A stretch of 29,797 nucleotides of DNA from a virus (Duplodnaviria; Caudoviricetes): positions 1-29,797 of the IMG/VR virus record IMGVR_UViG_3300020571_000016; one strand, given 5' to 3'. The notes under the pieces are model-generated. The model worked only from the letters and a program-made list of their open reading frames with translations, made no database searches and was not told where the DNA came from. Each line of letters starts with the position of its first letter. Position 1 is the stretch's first letter. Below are positions 24,208 through 29,797 of the stretch, piece after piece. The position numbers and the translations under genes are program-made.

Positions 24208-24649
24208 TTGGGAATTCCTCGCGATACTTCGCAAAACTTTCGCCGTATAGTGCCATTACCGCACCTGCTTTTTCCATAGCAGACTCTCGGCCCTGACACA
24301 ACAGCACCACTAAAAGAACCAAGTCATAGTACGTAGCACGCCAAACAAACGACTTTTCATCTGCTTGACCGCTACGCTCGGCGTCATCCGACGCCTTCCA
24401 TTTCAGAATGGCCGTGCCCAGCGCGGGCAATAACTGCCCAGCGTGAGCCATAAAAAAACTGTTTGCAGGCATATTGACGAGCGCGCGCCATACGGTGTCA
24501 TCCAACACCTTGCGATCTACGGCATCGCCATCGGCCACGTCGTCAAACGTCTGCGTGACATGCCACAAGTCAATTAGCCATGCAGCAGCGTCAGGCGGTA
24601 TGTCTAGCACCTTAAAGTTTTCAATCAGCCAGTATTCGGCGTCGATCAC
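24200..24649 (-). CDS. Helical protein with an isoprenoid-synthase-like DDxxD motif
   Basis: WHVTQTFDDVADGD...P.NSFF...W.ASD..E. Confidence 0.65.
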   Translation of the reverse strand: MIDAEYWLIENFKVLDIPPDAAAWLIDLWHVTQTFDDVADGDAVDRKVLDDTVWRALVNMPANSFFMAHAGQLLPALGTAILKWKASDDAERSGQADEKSFVWRATYYDLVLLVVLLCQGRESAMEKAGAVMALYGESFAKYREEFPNG

Positions 24650-24981
24650 GAGATTTCTCGGCCTGAACAGCGAATGTTGATGGCAGAGGCAGCGGACGCA
24701 ATAGTCGAAATAGAGCCGCCAGAATCAATGGTGTGCCCGACCAATTCCGGGAACGTATACGTCTCGGAAGGCAACAAAGTCTTGCTCTTAACAATTAAGT
24801 TTGAATTGCTAGACGAACTGCCAACAGTAATTAAGTTTACAGAAATAGTGGCCGCACTAACACTGTAATTAGTGGCTGTAAACTTATCTATGATAGCCGT
24901 TACGTTGGACGCGGTGTATTGAGTCGTTTGCGCGTCAGCAGCCGTTCTGGCTGAAATTAAAACTTTAGATATGACTGCCAT
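24646..24981 (-). CDS. Small beta-rich virion/tail protein
   Basis: GAGG RBS before ATG 24981; TAIIDKFTATN...ETYTFPELVG...SGREIS. Confidence 0.75.
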   Translation of the reverse strand: MAVISKVLISARTAADAQTTQYTASNVTAIIDKFTATNYSVSAATISVNLITVGSSSSNSNLIVKSKTLLPSETYTFPELVGHTIDSGGSISTIASAASAINIRCSGREIS

Positions 24982-24988
24982 AAATACC

Positions 24989-26044
24989 TCAAGGCGCAGA
25001 ATCGACTTCAACAGTAATAACGCAGAAATTCACTATTTCTTGAGTCGCTGCATTACGAATTTGAATGTACAACTCACGTTCAACAGCGTTATTAGTTGCC
25101 GACAACGTGAAATCTCTTGTGGTGCCAAGCGAGAGCCATGTTTGCGGTGTGGCTCCGCCAACAACGCCACCGCCAGGAATCCCGCCGGGACCGCCTCCTT
25201 GCGGAGACCACTGAGCATAAACCTCATAATCTGATGAGGTTCCGCTGGTAAGCCATTCACCCGTGATGTTGACCAATGTACCCGATACGTTAGTGGCGAG
25301 GGCTTGACCGTCAGATCGCAATCGGTAAGTCGCGGTTGCCGTGCCTCCAACGCCAGATAACGACAAATTGGCCGCGTACTGATCGCTTAACACGACGTTT
25401 GATGGATAGGTCCAATAGAAGCAAATGCGCCCACCGCCGCCATTTCCTCCGACTGCGCTGACTACGCCGCCAGAGCCGACTCCGGGGCCGCCACCGCCGC
25501 CGGGAGTTCCGCCCGCAACGGAATAACTGGAGCCACCCGTACCCCCGCCTCCGGCGACGTTGCCAGCGTCTCCGCCGACCAAGTTAGTTCCGGCAGTTGC
25601 AGCGGACGTTGCTGGAAATGGAATGCCGCCATCAAGAACGTTGACCCCAGCGGCTCCGGGCGCAGTTTCTCCTCCCCCGCCGCCGTACCCAGCCGTTAAT
25701 TCAATGCCTCCGCCACCGGGCGGAAATTCAACAACAGAAGGGCCGCCATTAGAGCCATCAGCGATCGTAGTGCTTCCTGCGCCACCAGTGCCGACATTGT
25801 AGGAAATTTGCGAAGAACCGCCCGCAACCGAAAATGAACGCTTGGCATATCCTGCGCCACCGCCACCATACCCGGCGCTGCTGCCATTGACGCCACCTCC
25901 GCCACCGCCGCCCCACATTTCAACAGTGACGCCAGTGGAGCCTGTAGGGGCAGTGATTGTTCCGCTCTGGCCTGCCGCAAAGCATTGCCCACCCGGCGCG
26001 GATGATGCACTAGACAGCCACAGCAAAAAGTCTGCGCCTGACAT
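24989..26044 (-). CDS. Glycine-rich tail fibre/tip protein
   Basis: V.VEMWGGGGGGG...GGGGAGY...VG.GG glycine-rich domain plus a C-terminal beta domain. Confidence 0.75.
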   Translation of the reverse strand: MSGADFLLWLSSASSAPGGQCFAAGQSGTITAPTGSTGVTVEMWGGGGGGGVNGSSAGYGGGGAGYAKRSFSVAGGSSQISYNVGTGGAGSTTIADGSNGGPSVVEFPPGGGGIELTAGYGGGGGETAPGAAGVNVLDGGIPFPATSAATAGTNLVGGDAGNVAGGGGTGGSSYSVAGGTPGGGGGPGVGSGGVVSAVGGNGGGGRICFYWTYPSNVVLSDQYAANLSLSGVGGTATATYRLRSDGQALATNVSGTLVNITGEWLTSGTSSDYEVYAQWSPQGGGPGGIPGGGVVGGATPQTWLSLGTTRDFTLSATNNAVERELYIQIRNAATQEIVNFCVITVEVDSAP

Positions 26045-26844
26045 TAACTAACTCCGGGGCCGTTAATAATCCAGTTAGTGCTGCCTACCTTCAACAGTAC
26101 GGCCATAGCATTTTGCGCCAAAGTGCGAGTTCCAGTAGAAGTGCTATTCGCCAAGGTCAACGTGTCAGTGGTAATAGCCACTGAAAGCGACGTGGCATTT
26201 CCGTTTACAACCCCGATGATAGTGCCGATTGGAAACGCAGCAGCACTGTTTGCAGGAATGGTGAGCGTTATGCTCGTTCCATTCATGTAAATGTGCTTAC
26301 CAGCATCGCACAACTTTAATTCATAACTGGCTGTTTGGCTGTTCTGCGGGCAATCTCGATAGCCAATAACATGATTGACGTTTGGAGTGCAGTTATCAGG
26401 AACTTTGGCTTGCCCAGTAAAGGTTGGGCTTGCGATTGGGGCAAACGTCGCATCTGTCTGCGCCTTGGTATACGCATCCGTGATGCCGTAACCAGCCAAG
26501 GTCGTCGGTGTATTGGTAATGTTTGACCAATTTATTCCGGTTACTGCCGGATCAATAATTGCCGGGATGTTGTCGTATGTGCCAATCAAAACGCCCGCAG
26601 AGGTGCGAACTATGAATTTGTAAGCGTATCCCTCTGTTAACCAAATCTCCGCAGGCGTGCGTCCAGCCGAGTTCAGCACGATGGGATTGCTGTTAGCCGT
26701 TCCGCCCGTGCTGCTTGTATAGGTTGCGCGAGGGGTCGTGGTACCAGCGTCATACGAATAAACAAGACCGCCCGAAAGCGGATCGCCGTTGTTGTCGAAA
26801 AACTGTGCGCCAGCGCCAGCAAAGGCCGAAAGATTAACGGTCAT
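26044..26844 (-). CDS. Tail spike/fibre anchor protein
   Basis: N-terminal QFFDNNGDPLSGG.VY.Y.AGTTTP..TY...NP..L...GR virion-attachment domain, PTTLAGYGITDA repeat, C-terminal DAGK...TIP.N....FPIGT. Confidence 0.8.
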   Translation of the reverse strand: MTVNLSAFAGAGAQFFDNNGDPLSGGLVYSYDAGTTTPRATYTSSTGGTANSNPIVLNSAGRTPAEIWLTEGYAYKFIVRTSAGVLIGTYDNIPAIIDPAVTGINWSNITNTPTTLAGYGITDAYTKAQTDATFAPIASPTFTGQAKVPDNCTPNVNHVIGYRDCPQNSQTASYELKLCDAGKHIYMNGTSITLTIPANSAAAFPIGTIIGVVNGNATSLSVAITTDTLTLANSTSTGTRTLAQNAMAVLLKVGSTNWIINGPGVS

Positions 26845-27545
26845 ATATTCACCTGATTGACGGTAAGAATGACAGACGGAATGCCGGGATGCACCGCCGT
26901 TGCCGCCTCTGCAAGTAATTGAACCGATGTGTCATCTGCCGCCCACATCAACTCAAAGTAGTCGCCATTAGACATTTCAAAAAACAAATTTGCGGCACAA
27001 AAAATTTCGCCATTATTTCCTTGAATGCGTATTTGTGATGCGGTGTTTGAAACGTTTACGCCATTCAACCTAGCCCATACATACGCCAAGGCCGTGCCGC
27101 CTGATGTTTTATCAAACTGTATTGAAAAGGCAAAGTTATATACGCCGGGCCTATTAGCATAGATGCGCGACGTTGGAGTTCCTCGACGAACGCCTTTGGC
27201 AACTACGGTCGTGTTAAATGTAACTGGATATGGGGTGTTAATAGCAGCCGCGACTTGAGTCGTGGTGTCATAAAACGAACCATAATCTGCCGGAACAATT
27301 TGCTGCGGGGGCGGCAAAAGTTGCAGGGCTTGGATTTGAGATTGAATATCGCCTAACGCGGATTCTGTCTGTGCAAGCGCGTCCGGCTGAATCTCAAAGT
27401 CGTTCAGCGTAAACTGATTTGTTCCCGACCCAGTCAGCACAAACAAATTGTTGAAAAAACGAAACCACTCACGAGACACTAGTCCCGTGCGTTCGTCTAT
27501 CAACGGCACGCGAGGAGCCGGTATGCGGGTAATGTTGCTAGGCAT
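26841..27545 (-). CDS. Tail protein at the needle (gp26) position with a C1q/BclA-like C-terminal domain
   Basis: Follows the gp10-like gene; YGSFYD.TTQ...GVYNF.FSIQ...DYFELMW. Confidence 0.65.
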   Translation of the reverse strand: MPSNITRIPAPRVPLIDERTGLVSREWFRFFNNLFVLTGSGTNQFTLNDFEIQPDALAQTESALGDIQSQIQALQLLPPPQQIVPADYGSFYDTTTQVAAAINTPYPVTFNTTVVAKGVRRGTPTSRIYANRPGVYNFAFSIQFDKTSGGTALAYVWARLNGVNVSNTASQIRIQGNNGEIFCAANLFFEMSNGDYFELMWAADDTSVQLLAEAATAVHPGIPSVILTVNQVNI

Positions 27546-28968
27546 TGGTTCCCGATATGCTCAGTTCTGCGCCCATGATGGCGATTTTTACGGGGTCCGT
27601 GCCAGATACTTCGTACACGCGGTCGCGTAATTTAACCGTCATCCCTAGACGACGATAAAACACACGGAAAAAATACTGACCAATTTTGCCTATTGTTGCT
27701 TGATGGTAGTTAGACCATGTATGGCCTCCATCATCCGACCAGCGCAACATAATCTCGGGGTCGCTGCCTTGGCCGAGGTTTAAGCCAACGCCTGACTCCA
27801 TATCAATCTGAAGCGCGTGATGAGCGGTGCGCTTAAGATTGTTCTCGCCAGTTGGCAGGGCACGCCATGATCGCAACCATTTTTGCACCGCACCGTTGTC
27901 TTTGTATTCATCTAGGCTAAACGTATAAACGTTGCCGTTCTCAAAGTCGCCCACAGTCGGTTTATCAAGGAAGTTCGTTTGGCAGTTGGAGCGGTGGCGC
28001 TTGAAGTCGCCGTTATCAAACCCAGCGCGTTCGTGCCACGAGTTTGTCGAAGCGTCATATACCCAAGTGGCATTAGCCGACGGAAAAATCAGCACATAGA
28101 ACGTATGGCCGTCCTGCTGATAAGTATAAGCCAGCGCGTCCGTCGGATCGGAATAGCCCTGTATGGCGTATTCAATAGCATGGGTTGAAACGCGCACGCC
28201 TTGGTAGCCTTCCGCTCGATACACGATACCTGTACCACGAGCGTCTGAGCCAAGCCAAAAAACGCTGTTGTCCATCTTGGCAACAGAATATGGGGCAATA
28301 CAACCAATTTCGTTGTACGCGCCTTGAATACGCGCTAGAGGAAAATCAATCTCTCCAGCGTTGTACCAAACCTCAACCGAGTTCTCGCCAAACAACCATA
28401 CTTCTCGATGGTCAACAATAATTGCCACCACGTCATCAGGCGCACCTTCCGCGCTGGCAAAGTCCAGCGGGTCGATTGACAGGCCGTCTAAAAGGCTTGT
28501 AATCCAAATACGCTGGCTGTTGGGTTCATTAAAAACAAAGTACCCATCTAGATACCCAACCGTTACCGCACCCGGAAAGTCAGGGTCAGTGATCTGCCCA
28601 AACGCCAGTGTGTCAAAGTTGTAGATAAATCCGTCAGGATTGCAGGCAATAAATAATTGCGTGCCGTTATCGGCCATAGACACAGGGCCGGTTCCGGTGA
28701 CATCACCAATCTTGGTAATTACTAACGAACTGGAAACCTTGTAAAACTCGTTGGCTGAAATGACATATAAGATGTCATTGTGTGTGTATAGCCCACGGAT
28801 AGGGCCAGTGCCAACCGTAGTCAACAACTTTAAACCGGGACAACGCTGCAAGTACGCCGGTTCTTTTCCGCCTTCTGGGATAATTTCTGGATACAAATTG
28901 ATCATTCGATTGGCAGCCGCGTTTGGGCTGCGAATCAAATATGCTGACCCCAGAATTGGCGTCTTCAT
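27538..28968 (-). CDS. Tail hub / DNA stabilization protein (P22 gp10-like)
   Basis: 476 aa; FASAEGAPD, EVWYNAG, YQQDGHTFY, WHER, LRWSDDGGHTWS. Confidence 0.9.
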   Translation of the reverse strand: MKTPILGSAYLIRSPNAAANRMINLYPEIIPEGGKEPAYLQRCPGLKLLTTVGTGPIRGLYTHNDILYVISANEFYKVSSSLVITKIGDVTGTGPVSMADNGTQLFIACNPDGFIYNFDTLAFGQITDPDFPGAVTVGYLDGYFVFNEPNSQRIWITSLLDGLSIDPLDFASAEGAPDDVVAIIVDHREVWLFGENSVEVWYNAGEIDFPLARIQGAYNEIGCIAPYSVAKMDNSVFWLGSDARGTGIVYRAEGYQGVRVSTHAIEYAIQGYSDPTDALAYTYQQDGHTFYVLIFPSANATWVYDASTNSWHERAGFDNGDFKRHRSNCQTNFLDKPTVGDFENGNVYTFSLDEYKDNGAVQKWLRSWRALPTGENNLKRTAHHALQIDMESGVGLNLGQGSDPEIMLRWSDDGGHTWSNYHQATIGKIGQYFFRVFYRRLGMTVKLRDRVYEVSGTDPVKIAIMGAELSISGTNA

Positions 28969-29681
28969 TAGAAGTTGCCCGTAAAGATATTAAAGCGCGG
29001 ACGGTTAACGAGCAGCGCCGCTGGCATCGCCATCACGTCATCCGGGTTGTTGATGCGCTTCAAGTCGCGCTTGCTGTACATAGCAATACGCTGAACCTGC
29101 GGGGATGGTTCGACACCAAACTCGGCTGCAAGTTCACAGGCCAAGTTGAATCGAAATGCTCGAAGGTACCCCGGCGGAAACGCTAAATCAGTAGCCAATG
29201 TGGCAGGCGTTGTTAGCGGTCGCACGGATACAAAATGGAACTCCAGCACCTTGGTTGGCACCGGATAGATATAAATCTCAACGTCCGGGTAGGTCATGTT
29301 GACCCACATAAACTGCGGATACGTAGAGGTTACGGTCTTGACGGCAATATTGTTGTATTGCTCGTTGTTAATCAGTTTGATGCCATACGACACGTTGGTC
29401 GAGGCGTCACGGAAATAGGTGGCGTCGTCCATCAGGATAGGACGCTCGGCTACAAACGTGCCGGTCGGTCCCATCGTAATCGTGCGGACGTTGGGTTGCC
29501 AGTTGTAGACTTGATCTTGGGTTGAAAAGACCGATAGACGCTCGGTACTCCAAGAGTCAAGCATCTGGTTAAGTGCGGTGAGGGCGTCCTGCGACGTGGC
29601 TGCGGAGGGAACTTCACCCTCGGCCAACTGCCCGATCAGCCGCAACGCGCCGTTGATTTGATCGGCAGCAGTTGTAGCCAT
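28968..29681 (-). CDS. Head-tail adaptor (P22 gp4-like)
   Basis: I.GALRLIG.L..GE.P......DAL..LN.M.DSW; AAGGAG RBS; precedes the gp10-like gene. Confidence 0.82.
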   Translation of the reverse strand: MATTAADQINGALRLIGQLAEGEVPSAATSQDALTALNQMLDSWSTERLSVFSTQDQVYNWQPNVRTITMGPTGTFVAERPILMDDATYFRDASTNVSYGIKLINNEQYNNIAVKTVTSTYPQFMWVNMTYPDVEIYIYPVPTKVLEFHFVSVRPLTTPATLATDLAFPPGYLRAFRFNLACELAAEFGVEPSPQVQRIAMYSKRDLKRINNPDDVMAMPAALLVNRPRFNIFTGNF

Positions 29682-29684
29682 GAT

Positions 29685-29797
29685 TTACTCCTTACGGCGG
29701 CGACGCGTTCTCAACGCATTATGCTGAGAATCCCCCGACGCCGCCACATCTGACGACGCCGAGGGTTCAGACTCATCAGGATCAGAGGGGTCAAACT
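29685..29797 (-). CDS. C-terminus of a small hypothetical protein (truncated by the window)
   Basis: ...FDPSDPDESEPSASSDVAASGDSQHNALRTRRRRKE*; its last codons supply the RBS of the adaptor gene. Confidence 0.55.
   Translation of the reverse strand, partial: FDPSDPDESEPSASSDVAASGDSQHNALRTRRRRKE

Noticed and set aside
21261-24279. Long plus-strand ORFs (298, 179 and 220 aa)
   Set aside because: Antisense to the ejection genes, with no motifs or RBS.
25231-25260. CTGATGAG on the plus strand as a second hammerhead
   Set aside because: No GAAA core or stems; antisense within a tail gene.
29768-29782. Minus-strand CTGATGAG beside the long hairpin as a hammerhead
   Set aside because: No GAAA follows the stem within the window, so the core is incomplete.
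1-29797. tRNA genes, integrase/att site, diversity-generating retroelement, stop-codon recoding
   Set aside because: I saw no cloverleaf, recombinase or reverse transcriptase. The fibre repeats differ mostly at synonymous positions rather than specifically at adenines, and core genes are intact in the standard code.

Overview
This window is most of a tailed dsDNA phage genome with a P22-like (podovirus) virion module. Both window edges fall inside the minus-strand structural operon; the major capsid and scaffold genes are not in the window. Minus-strand packaging block: terS, an inserted low-GC gene, terL, small basic proteins, portal, a ferritin-like gene and a repeat-rich fibre running off the left edge. 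A ~1 kb non-coding control region (8340-9378) holds a candidate ~200-nt structured RNA, a GTTGCGTNNATGCAAC palindrome array, TACTRAC iterons and a sigma70-type promoter. A plus-strand early operon of small genes contains a canonical type II hammerhead ribozyme (10061-10110). The replication/recombination block has a primase-less SF3/D5-type helicase, an SSB-like protein, YqaJ exonuclease and ERF annealase, beside a divergent Cro-like switch. Then come a metallophosphoesterase/HEXXH pair, a lysis cassette, ejection proteins, tail proteins and P22 gp10/gp4-like genes. The most unusual signal is a candidate RNA control circuit. A ~70-nt promoter-to-terminator sRNA (about 13001-13071) is antisense to a leader-peptide/helicase leader. 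It is also complementary to the RBS and AUG of the first early gene (17/20 Watson-Crick pairs) and to the RBS just downstream of the hammerhead. Family assignments are from motif recognition only; no searches were run.
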